This document shows positions 39,171 through 47,489 of a stretch of 64,000 nucleotides of DNA, in pieces. Where the stretch lies: the IMG/VR virus record IMGVR_UViG_3300027974_001530. One strand, 5' to 3'. A program made the translations under genes and the position numbers. The DNA is from a virus (Duplodnaviria > Caudoviricetes). How positions within the stretch are numbered: the stretch's first letter is position 1; each line of letters begins with the position of its first letter. The notes under the pieces were generated by a model. That model was not told where the DNA came from. It made no database searches and worked only from the letters and a program-made list of their open reading frames with translations.

Positions 39171-39380
39171 CTTTAATCTTGTGTTTCCTCTTTCAGACAT
39201 AGGTTCATAGGGACAATGTAAACATCCGTTTCCACAACATCTACCCCTTTTCATATGAAAAGATTCTGTCATTACTATATTACCGTTTTTATCCTTATAA
39301 AAGTCAGGTTCAGGAGATTTTTTTGTTATCTCCCGAACATATAACTGTTGTATCCAATCTTTAGATGCGCTTACTGTCAT
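39162..39380 (-). CDS. DUF5522-like small Cys-cluster protein
   Basis: FHMKRGRCCGNGCLHCPY motif. Confidence 0.7.
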   Translation of the reverse strand: MTVSASKDWIQQLYVREITKKSPEPDFYKDKNGNIVMTESFHMKRGRCCGNGCLHCPYEPMSERGNTRLKNH

Positions 39381-39390
39381 TTTAATTTTA

Positions 39391-41250
39391 TTATACTATT
39401 TCACAAGCCCCACCAGCACAGGCGGCTTCCCCTCTAAGGTCGGTATTATCTTGTAACTCAATAACTTTTGTAAGATCCACATCTTTTAATGTGTTTAATA
39501 ATCTATCAAAATCTTCTTTTGTACAATCTTCAAAAGGTGCTTGGGTATAAGTTCCTCCGTTATAAGGTAATACAGATAGTCCATTATAAAACTTACGGTT
39601 ATCCCACATCCATTCACCAACTAATTCCCATTCGTCTTCTTTAATTGAAACTGTTGCCGATACGTTATGAGTATTTTGTCCTGTTCTATGACCTGGTTTA
39701 ATCCATTCTTGTGCAACTTTTTTAACTCTTTCCAACATTTGGAATACTGATTCGTGTCTTATGATAGCACCTTCAGGGGCTTTTTGTGGTATACCAATTA
39801 CTGCAGTATCGTGAGGACGGAAAAACTCATCTTCAATCAACTCAGGGTGATTAATCGCCAAGTAATTATAGATTGATTCATTTTTACCTACACGGATTCT
39901 TCTTAGGTAATAATCGTTATGCCAAGCGTGGATTCCTGACGATGTGCCCAATACCAATGATGAGGTTCCGGATGGTTTAACTGTCGTTGATCTTGCAGAT
40001 TTGTTAATTCCAATAAGACCTGCAACCCTTTCATTTTCTTCTTTAACGGCTTGAGCCGCCGCTTTCATATCATATCCTAAAACAACACCCGAACCGATTC
40101 CTGTCATTCCAACACCAATAAGTGCGTCTTTTTCAGTTGTTCTTTTCCAAACGTCTCTTAGGTAATGGAAGTCAGTATAACCTGCTTGTAATGTTCCAAT
40201 GAATGCGGCCCCTTTAACTCTTTGTTCAAAATCTTCTTGTGATTCAATATCAGACGCATTTACTTCACATAAGTTACAGAATTGGTTAGGACGAAGTGCA
40301 ATCTCACAACAAGGATTAGTTCCCCAATCTTTATCGTTTGACAAATAGATACCAGGTTCTCCTGCTCCTGATAACTCAATACGTTTCCAAAGACCCATAA
40401 AGAATTCTTTTGTAATTTTGTGACGAAGAAGTACTGCCGAGTTATTTGCTCTACCTCTTTGTGCATTTTGTTCCCACCAATTACCTGACTTACAAGAAAT
40501 CATTTCTTCATCATCAGCCGAGAATAATGAGATAAGTGCCGCTCTTCTAATACCACCTGCAAGTACTGCGTCTGCAATATGACATATAATATCGTGAGTT
40601 TCAATTGATGTTAATTTTTCACCATCTTTTTTGTTATTTAAAACTTTTGTTATGTGGTGGATACAATCTTTTAACGGTTGAGGTCCTGGAGCTTTTCCTC
40701 CAGAAGTAACCAATAAGGCTCCTTTATGTCGGATATCCGAAAAATCAAACACAGGGGTTGACGCTTTTGTGCCCATATATGACTCAATAAGTACTTTAAT
40801 TGCGTCTGCCCATCCTTCAATTGAATCTCCAATTAAGTACCTTCTTGTTCTTGTTGGATTTGGTTTTTTAATTTCTGGTAGTTTATCTACGTGGTGTCTT
40901 TGTACCGAGAACCCTACTCCTGTACCTCCTAAAAGTAAGAACATTGTCTCCGAAAATGCGTCCGTATGGTCAATAGGTAAATAAGCACAGTTATAAACTC
41001 TATTTGGTGAAATCTCAATTGGTTTACCTCCAAATTGTAATGATCTCATTGATGGAAGAATTTTTTTATCATATACCATTTTGTATACGTTTTCAATTTC
41101 TTCTTTAATTTGTGGGTATTTTTTTTGGTGCATTTCTTTGTTTCTTGTTACCAATTCTTCCCACGATTCCCTTCTATTTAATTCAGGTACAAATTTAGCG
41201 TATTTCATATACACCGTAATATCACTCAATATTTTTTGTGAAATATCCAT
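39391..41250 (-). CDS. nrdJ: class II (adenosylcobalamin-dependent) ribonucleotide reductase, RTPR-like
   Basis: PSMRSLQFGG, YNCAY, GGIRRAALI, NPCCEI, FCNL, TVKPSGT and C-terminal CAGGAC redox pair; no nrdB partner nearby. Confidence 0.9.
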   Translation of the reverse strand: MDISQKILSDITVYMKYAKFVPELNRRESWEELVTRNKEMHQKKYPQIKEEIENVYKMVYDKKILPSMRSLQFGGKPIEISPNRVYNCAYLPIDHTDAFSETMFLLLGGTGVGFSVQRHHVDKLPEIKKPNPTRTRRYLIGDSIEGWADAIKVLIESYMGTKASTPVFDFSDIRHKGALLVTSGGKAPGPQPLKDCIHHITKVLNNKKDGEKLTSIETHDIICHIADAVLAGGIRRAALISLFSADDEEMISCKSGNWWEQNAQRGRANNSAVLLRHKITKEFFMGLWKRIELSGAGEPGIYLSNDKDWGTNPCCEIALRPNQFCNLCEVNASDIESQEDFEQRVKGAAFIGTLQAGYTDFHYLRDVWKRTTEKDALIGVGMTGIGSGVVLGYDMKAAAQAVKEENERVAGLIGINKSARSTTVKPSGTSSLVLGTSSGIHAWHNDYYLRRIRVGKNESIYNYLAINHPELIEDEFFRPHDTAVIGIPQKAPEGAIIRHESVFQMLERVKKVAQEWIKPGHRTGQNTHNVSATVSIKEDEWELVGEWMWDNRKFYNGLSVLPYNGGTYTQAPFEDCTKEDFDRLLNTLKDVDLTKVIELQDNTDLRGEAACAGGACEIV

Positions 41251-41276
41251 ATTATTTAAATTTAATTATTTTATTT

Positions 41277-42662
41277 TTATTCAGTTTTTTGATTCTCTCG
41301 TTCTTTTCTTTTTTCTAACAATTCTTTAACCCTTTGTCTTTGTCTTTCTTCTTTTTGTTCTTCAAGACCTAAGAATGTGGTTGTAGATTCGGTATCAATG
41401 TCAATCATAGCGTTATCAAATTTGCAATTTTCAAAAACCACACCGTCATCTCCGACACGAGACTTGGTAATTGCAATTGTGGCTAATTTCATTTCTTTTT
41501 GTTGTAACGTTTTTGCTACTGTAATAATAACGTGACCTACTTGAGCCTTTTTGATTGATCCTCCCATTTGATCGGTTGTAACAACTTGAGAAGATATAGA
41601 TGCTCTATTACCTTGTGTTGCGGTCCAACCAACAAGATTTAATTCATGACACATAGACTCAAATCCTCTCATAACCGAACCTTCACTTTTCCATTCGTCA
41701 CCCAAATTTTTATCAGGAACGATACAGTCAATATAATCCAAAACAATCATGTCTATCTTAATTCCGTCCGCAATCATTTTTCTGATTTCGTTCTTTATTT
41801 GAGTCATTGTTTTAGTATCTGAAGGTAGTTTTTTCAAATCTAATGTGTTTGGCATTTTTTCTTTGATTTCTTTTACCTTATTCATCACCTCTTCTTTTTT
41901 TTCTGATAATTCATCAGGGTGAATCTTTGTCCAAAGGGTAAAATGTTTCCTTTGTATCACTTTTGGGTTGTCTTCAAAAAATATTTGAAGAACGTTAAAT
42001 CCTAAGTTAAATGCGTGATTTGAAATCTTTGTGAGGATGGTAGACTTACCTACTCCTGTTGGCGCCAATATAACACCGATCTCACCTTTTGCTAATCCTC
42101 CTTTTAACAACCTATCAATTCCTGGAATTCCCATTGGGATAGGGTGTCTGTAATCCTCGTCCAAGACTTGGTCTAAATTTGAGAAGACATCCATTGTTGT
42201 AGTGTCTTTTGACCCAACAAGTAGGGCTTCTCTAACCAGTTCTTCTAGTGTGTCATAGTTTTCAAACTCACCACCGTCTATGATTTTTTGTGCCTTTTTC
42301 ATTACTTTCTGTAACTCTTGTTGTTTACAGAATTTAAGTGCCTTTTCTTGTACGAAATCTACACCATCGATAGGTGCGTCCTTGATTTTTTTAATTGTGT
42401 CAAGAACTACTTTAACTGCGGTTTCTTGTTGTAATTCGGATTTTGCGACTTGTTCTAAGGTATCAAACGATGGTGTATGCTCGTATTTTGTATAATACTC
42501 TTTTACCATCTGAATGATAATCTTAAAGTACTTATTCTCAAAATAATTATTTTCAATAACGTCAATAATTGAGTGAGAAAATTCTTTGTCTAAAATGATT
42601 TGATTAAGTAATTGTATCTGAAAATTGTTACCGAGATATTCAAAATTTTTATTAGTCGCCAT
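41277..42662 (-). CDS. replicative helicase (DnaB/gp41-like)
   Basis: APTGVGKST Walker A, IVLDYID Walker B, WTATQGNR. Confidence 0.9.
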   Translation of the reverse strand: MATNKNFEYLGNNFQIQLLNQIILDKEFSHSIIDVIENNYFENKYFKIIIQMVKEYYTKYEHTPSFDTLEQVAKSELQQETAVKVVLDTIKKIKDAPIDGVDFVQEKALKFCKQQELQKVMKKAQKIIDGGEFENYDTLEELVREALLVGSKDTTTMDVFSNLDQVLDEDYRHPIPMGIPGIDRLLKGGLAKGEIGVILAPTGVGKSTILTKISNHAFNLGFNVLQIFFEDNPKVIQRKHFTLWTKIHPDELSEKKEEVMNKVKEIKEKMPNTLDLKKLPSDTKTMTQIKNEIRKMIADGIKIDMIVLDYIDCIVPDKNLGDEWKSEGSVMRGFESMCHELNLVGWTATQGNRASISSQVVTTDQMGGSIKKAQVGHVIITVAKTLQQKEMKLATIAITKSRVGDDGVVFENCKFDNAMIDIDTESTTTFLGLEEQKEERQRQRVKELLEKRKERENQKTE

Positions 42663-42695
42663 AGTTTTTCTTTCTGTTAGTAATGATAAATACTC

Positions 42696-43145
42696 TTACT
42701 TTTGAATAAATTGTGGATAGAAATAATTAAATTTTTTACCTGAAAAAATGTCAGTTAGGTCTGTAAGTACCTGTTTTAACTTTGGCCGTAGATCTACGGT
42801 ATATCTTACCTTTGGTGGGTACACTTTAGCGTCAAATGATCTCTGACAAATTATCATGTTATCAACTTTAACATAAAGGTTAAAGTTTTCAAGTCCTTCT
42901 GTAATTGAAGTGTTCAATACATCTGGATTTTCAGTAATCTCATATCTGTTTTCCAACATATAAACTACCGATCTCATTTTTAAATCATACTTAAGGTCAT
43001 TACAAAATGTCCTTATATAATCATAAAACTCTTCCGATTTGTGGGCGTGTTTATTAAACCCTTTTACATTAAAAAATCTTTGTACTACGATGTTGTCATT
43101 ACACATCAACAAAAATTCTAACTTAGTTACGTCTTGTTCTTTCAT
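42696..43145 (-). CDS. hypothetical protein in the replication operon
   Basis: 149-aa ORF, 2 nt downstream of the exonuclease gene. Confidence 0.75.
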   Translation of the reverse strand: MKEQDVTKLEFLLMCNDNIVVQRFFNVKGFNKHAHKSEEFYDYIRTFCNDLKYDLKMRSVVYMLENRYEITENPDVLNTSITEGLENFNLYVKVDNMIICQRSFDAKVYPPKVRYTVDLRPKLKQVLTDLTDIFSGKKFNYFYPQFIQK

Positions 43146-43147
43146 TT

Positions 43148-44164
43148 TTACTTTTTTGTTCTGTTTCTAAAATTTGTTTTTTCTTTTCTTGATAGTTTTA
43201 AAAATGGCTTTAAAAAATTAACCCAAGCATCATCACCCTTTGGTAAATATTTAAAGAATCCGTCATCCATCATCATTCTAATTAAGTTCCTGTGACCCCT
43301 TCCATCAGGATCCAATGACTCTGAGTAATACGACTGAACTAATTCTTTTCCTTCTTCGGAAATTAAAGGTTTTGATAAATCAATTAATTTTTCGTTTATT
43401 ACAAAAAACTCATCTCCAAATATCCCTTCCTTTGTTTTTCCACTTAAAAGATTTTTTAAAACCATATTATCTTTTTGTTCTTTAAGTAACTCTTCACCCT
43501 TTGTTAAAATATCGGTAAAACTAATTTCCTTTTCAAGTATTTCAGGAAATAATTTTATAAAAGTTTTTTCACCAAGATAAAAGATACCATCAATATTATC
43601 CGAACTATCACCGGTTAATATCTTATAAGTTTTAACATTATAATGTGGGATCTCTGTTTGATCAATTTTGATTGTATCCCCATTTTTAAAGTACTTCTTT
43701 GCTTGTGGCGAATAGATACTTACCTTTTCAGAAATAAGTTGTGTGAGGTCTCTATCTGACGAAAAAATTGTTTTATCCTCGTCTTCAGAAATCTGACAAT
43801 AATAAGCAATTAGATCATCGGCTTCCGAATTCTCAACATCTAATTGTCTTACAAACATTTCTTCAAGATATTGTTTAACCCTTTGTTTTTGGTTTGAGAA
43901 GGACTCTTCTCTAAATTCTTCGGGTTTAACGGATTTACGGTTTAATTTATATTTTGGGTATAACAATCTTCTTTGTGAAGAACTTGTTTCTCCGTCCCAA
44001 AATACAACCACTTTATTGTAGTTATTTTCTTCAAGGAAACGTCTTACGGTATTTAGAAAGTGCCAAATACCGCCAACGTGTTCTCCTTTATTAAAGAAAT
44101 CTTTTACTCCGTGAAATCCAATTTTTAATAGGTTGTTTCCGTCAACCAATAACGTTTTTGTCAT
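43148..44164 (-). CDS. 5'-3' exonuclease / flap endonuclease (T4 RNase H or Pol I N-terminal-like)
   Basis: LLVDGNN, VFWDG, YPKYKLNR, EADDLIA, SSDRDLTQL and GDSSDNIDG. Confidence 0.9.
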   Translation of the reverse strand: MTKTLLVDGNNLLKIGFHGVKDFFNKGEHVGGIWHFLNTVRRFLEENNYNKVVVFWDGETSSSQRRLLYPKYKLNRKSVKPEEFREESFSNQKQRVKQYLEEMFVRQLDVENSEADDLIAYYCQISEDEDKTIFSSDRDLTQLISEKVSIYSPQAKKYFKNGDTIKIDQTEIPHYNVKTYKILTGDSSDNIDGIFYLGEKTFIKLFPEILEKEISFTDILTKGEELLKEQKDNMVLKNLLSGKTKEGIFGDEFFVINEKLIDLSKPLISEEGKELVQSYYSESLDPDGRGHRNLIRMMMDDGFFKYLPKGDDAWVNFLKPFLKLSRKEKTNFRNRTKK

Positions 44165-44187
44165 TTCTGTTAATTACAGGGTTCTTA

Positions 44188-45192
44188 CTATGATTCTTCT
44201 TTTTCTGTTTTCAAATCAAAATCACCATCAACTCCGATAATTTCTTTCCAATACTCAGCGTATTCTTTTTTGTATTGTTCAATTGAAGCCTTCTCTTCAG
44301 AAGCCTCTTTTCCAGGTAAAAATCCATGTGGTGTTATAATTATTTTCCCGTCTTCAAACCCAAGTCCGTTGATGTGGTTTTTCATAACAGATACCTTTGT
44401 TCTCGATGCAAATTTAATTGTTCGTTTGTCTTTGGTTGCCGTGATTTTAGTTGTCCCAGCCCCTTTCTGATTTCCAAATAAGAATACCAACGATGAGTTT
44501 AACCAAATTGCTTCACCACCTTTTGCTTTAATTTTTGGTTGTCCAAAAGGATTATCAGGTAATTCAACCCAAGGTTGGTTTACAATGATTAATGTATTTT
44601 CGAATTTAGAATCAGATTTACGTGATCCTGAAATACGTTGGTTAATCCCCATACCAATTTTGTCGGCTAAAGTAGACGCATTATGTTGTTTACCTCCTTT
44701 ACCTTCAAAAGTCATTTTACAAGGAACAGAACCAACTGAATCCCACATAAAACATAAACTATAATCTAATTCTCCTTTTTCTTGTGCATCTAATAAAGAA
44801 TTTATGTAATCGGTAATTTGTTCTATATAACTAAAGTTATTATTGAATATGTAAAACCCGTCCCAATCTAATTCTCCTGTCTCTTCATCAACAACTTCTT
44901 CACATTCAAATCCCATAAGTTTTGCGTGTTCAAAACTCCATTTTTGTTCTGTAATAATAAACACAGGAAGAATACCTTTCTTTTGTGCATCTACTGCGGT
45001 TTTAACTAAGGCAGTTGTCTTACCAGTATCAGAATGTCCCAAGAACATATTAATATGCCCCATCGCCGGACCTGGTAATCCAACTGCGTCTAAAAATGAC
45101 TCTCCAAGATCAAAAAATCTTTGTGGTTTATATTTTGCAGACGTGGAAAATTTCTTCTTTAATAAACCGAAATCTGTTTTTTTAATTGCCAT
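44188..45192 (-). CDS. recA: RecA/UvsX-like recombinase
   Basis: GHSDTGKT Walker A, WDSVGS, IIVNQ, KAKGGEA, VMKNH. Confidence 0.85.
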   Translation of the reverse strand: MAIKKTDFGLLKKKFSTSAKYKPQRFFDLGESFLDAVGLPGPAMGHINMFLGHSDTGKTTALVKTAVDAQKKGILPVFIITEQKWSFEHAKLMGFECEEVVDEETGELDWDGFYIFNNNFSYIEQITDYINSLLDAQEKGELDYSLCFMWDSVGSVPCKMTFEGKGGKQHNASTLADKIGMGINQRISGSRKSDSKFENTLIIVNQPWVELPDNPFGQPKIKAKGGEAIWLNSSLVFLFGNQKGAGTTKITATKDKRTIKFASRTKVSVMKNHINGLGFEDGKIIITPHGFLPGKEASEEKASIEQYKKEYAEYWKEIIGVDGDFDLKTEKEES

Positions 45193-45472
45193 CTTTGTTT
45201 TGTTCTTTTAATACGTTTAACATTTCCTCAGTTATTTCAAACTTTTCTTCCCTTTTAATGTTGTACTTGTAAATAATTTCCAACATTTCAAGTTTACCTT
45301 TAGCATTTGACATTTTTTCTATCACTTTATCTATTTCTTCTAAATGTTGTGGGTGTTCTCCAATAGCAACGGGATTGTTGAAATAGATTAAAATAGTCGC
45401 TTCGGCTTCCGCCATTTCAGACCTATACTTTAAGCATAGTGCCTCATACATTTTTTCAATTATTTTATTCAT
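45182..45472 (-). CDS. small helical hypothetical phage protein
   Basis: 96 aa with a VAIGEHP motif between helices; overlaps the recA start. Confidence 0.7.
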   Translation of the reverse strand: MNKIIEKMYEALCLKYRSEMAEAEATILIYFNNPVAIGEHPQHLEEIDKVIEKMSNAKGKLEMLEIIYKYNIKREEKFEITEEMLNVLKEQNKDGN

Positions 45473-45495
45473 ATATTTTTGATTTTAAAAAGTAA

Positions 45496-45532
45496 GAACT
45501 TGGACACCTTGTCTAAGTAGATGTCCAAGTTC
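45496..45532 (-). terminator. stem-loop downstream of the SSB gene
   Basis: Perfect 11-bp inverted repeat GAACTTGGACA / TGTCCAAGTTC with a 15-nt loop. Confidence 0.6.
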
Positions 45533-45538
45533 AATAAA

Positions 45539-46402
45539 TTAGAATGGTAATTCTTCATCCACTTGGTCGTTAGACTGTGGATCCTTTACATCATTAATTG
45601 ATTTTTTACCTCCACCCATTGTAACATTTGATACTTCGTTATTTGAGTAAGCGTATTTTCCCGCATCAGAATCCCATCTTGGTGTTTCTCCTCTTGCGAT
45701 TGACTCAAGGTATTCGATAGGTTTTTTAGAATAAACATCCTCCCAAGTAAGTTTGTCAGAAACCCACTCATTCATAGTGTTTTCATCTTCATGAACAGAT
45801 GTAGGATCATCATACATAACCGTTTGAATTACGGTATAGAATGCTCCTTTTGGAGTTTTTGCCTTTGTCAACTCAAGGATAAGGTCTCTTCCTTTTTCGG
45901 AATCAGCAACGTCTCCTTTTGCCTTATAGATAGGAATAATTTTATCAAAAATACCTTCTTGTTTGTAGTTGTGCTTAAATCTCCAAAATTTAACTCCATC
46001 TTCTTCTCTGTCTCGGTCAATAACTTTAACAATATAAAACTTACGAGGTTTGTATTGTTTTGCAAGTTCTTTATCAGAATCCTTACCTGTTGACATTAGT
46101 TCGTCATAAACTTCACTTAATGGTGAACGCTCATTGTCATTCTTGGCAGGATCATAAAACTTTTGCCATTTTCCGTCGATAAAAATTTCATGGAACCATA
46201 CTTCTTTAAATGGTGAAGAACCATCTGGTGTAGGTAAGATACGGACTCTTTTTTGTCCTTGTTTTTCGTTATCCTTAAGGATTGCCGCGAAATACTTTTT
46301 CATTCTTTCTTCTTGTGTAAATTTTGAGGTGGAAGAAGAACCACCTTGTTTTGAGGTCTCGTATTGAGCCAAAACTGCATCTAAAACATTGTTTGTCGCC
46401 AT
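45539..46402 (-). CDS. single-stranded DNA-binding protein (gp32-like)
   Basis: RVRILPT...PFKEVWFH, FYIVKVIDR, GVKFWRF, GRDLIL and acidic C-terminus DEELPF. Confidence 0.8.
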   Translation of the reverse strand: MATNNVLDAVLAQYETSKQGGSSSTSKFTQEERMKKYFAAILKDNEKQGQKRVRILPTPDGSSPFKEVWFHEIFIDGKWQKFYDPAKNDNERSPLSEVYDELMSTGKDSDKELAKQYKPRKFYIVKVIDRDREEDGVKFWRFKHNYKQEGIFDKIIPIYKAKGDVADSEKGRDLILELTKAKTPKGAFYTVIQTVMYDDPTSVHEDENTMNEWVSDKLTWEDVYSKKPIEYLESIARGETPRWDSDAGKYAYSNNEVSNVTMGGGKKSINDVKDPQSNDQVDEELPF

Positions 46403-46434
46403 TGTGTATATATTTATTAAAGGTTTACGTAGAA

Positions 46435-46463
46435 AATATAGTTATAAAAAATAGGGTAGTCAA
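46435..46463 (-). promoter_or_regulatory. early/middle-type promoter for SSB
   Basis: TTGACT-17 nt-TATATT, 32 nt upstream of the ATG. Confidence 0.7.
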
Positions 46464-46480
46464 TAAAGTATTTAAAAAAA

Positions 46481-46510
46481 TTTGAGAGAGACACTGATGT
46501 CCCTCTCAAA
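46481..46510 (-). terminator. rho-independent terminator
   Basis: TTTGAGAG-AGACA-CTGA-TGTC-C-CTCTCAAA with a T-run on the minus strand. Confidence 0.7.
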
Positions 46511-46514
46511 AGTG

Positions 46515-47216
46515 TTACATCATATCATCTTCATCTTGACCGTACTGATTAAACGTGTCCTCGATTTGATTTGGTGAATATTGTTTTACTTCATCTGTAG
46601 TTAAAATATATTCATTTTTTCCTGATTGTTCCATTTCTTGTTGTTTATCAACAAAGAAATCAGATAGTTTTTGTTTGAATGGTCCTGAATCTAAACTTCT
46701 TAATTCTAATTTTTCTTGTGGAGTTTTAGGTCTGTACTTTTCAATTTTATCTTCAATAGATGTTAATCTATTTGTTAGTCCATCCATTTCTTTAAGTTTA
46801 GAGTCCATACCCTCTAATTGTTTAAACAAGTTTTGGAAATATTCTTCTTGTTTATCCTCAATATTTTTTTGTGCGGTAACTAAATCAGTAATATCTAATT
46901 CTTCTCCTTCTTCTTCTCCTTCTTTACCAACTTCTTCAACGTCAGGATCTGTCGCAACATCAATAGGTGCCGGTGCTCCTCCTGCGTCAGGTGCCGGTGC
47001 TCCTCCTGCGTCAGGTGCCGGTGCTCCTGCGTCAGGTGTGGGTAATCCTCCTGCGTCAGGTGCAGGTGCTCCACCTAAACCCGCCAAAGGATCTTCAGGT
47101 TCCGGTGCTCCACCTAAACCCGCCAAAGGATCTTCAGGTGCCCCTTGTTCTGTTATATAATTAGTGATAAAATTCACCCTTCTAATTTCTTCTAAAATTT
47201 TTCTGTCTATACTCAT
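46515..47216 (-). CDS. acidic Pro/Ala/Gly-rich coiled-coil protein, possibly head scaffold or internal protein
   Basis: GAPAPDAG repeats, poly-Glu, then a coiled coil. Confidence 0.45.
   Translation of the reverse strand: MSIDRKILEEIRRVNFITNYITEQGAPEDPLAGLGGAPEPEDPLAGLGGAPAPDAGGLPTPDAGAPAPDAGGAPAPDAGGAPAPIDVATDPDVEEVGKEGEEEGEELDITDLVTAQKNIEDKQEEYFQNLFKQLEGMDSKLKEMDGLTNRLTSIEDKIEKYRPKTPQEKLELRSLDSGPFKQKLSDFFVDKQQEMEQSGKNEYILTTDEVKQYSPNQIEDTFNQYGQDEDDMM
46966..47139. repeat. GC-rich intragenic tandem repeats (24/21-nt units, then a 39-nt-period duplication)
   Basis: ggtgccggtgctcctcctgcgtca arrays from 46966; identical 36-mers at 47065-47100 and 47104-47139. Confidence 0.9.
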
Positions 47217-47217
47217 T

Positions 47218-47442
47218 TTATCCGTTTAATAATGTTTTTATACCAGTTTTAGTTTCTACCTGGATTTTTTTAAATTTATTCATAGTATTGTCTACTCTTT
47301 CTATAAGACCATCTTTCATTCTTACAACATAACATTCGTTTGTCTCTAAATCACAAACTTGTTTGGTTCCGTCACCCATATCTTTTTCAGAAATCTTGGT
47401 GTTTTTACCCAAATAATTGTCTAAAATTAATTTTGTATTCAT
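47218..47442 (-). CDS. hypothetical late protein
   Basis: 74 aa; TATTTAT at 47458-47464. Confidence 0.7.
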   Translation of the reverse strand: MNTKLILDNYLGKNTKISEKDMGDGTKQVCDLETNECYVVRMKDGLIERVDNTMNKFKKIQVETKTGIKTLLNG

Positions 47443-47489
47443 AGTTATTATTTTATTATAAATATATCGTTAGGTGTAAATGTTTTAAA

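Noticed and set aside
10208-47139. CRISPR array (30-nt and 24-39-nt repeats, with a Cas4-like nuclease in the window)
   Set aside because: The repeats are tandem, in-frame and intragenic with no unique spacers; no cas1/cas2 or effector genes are present.
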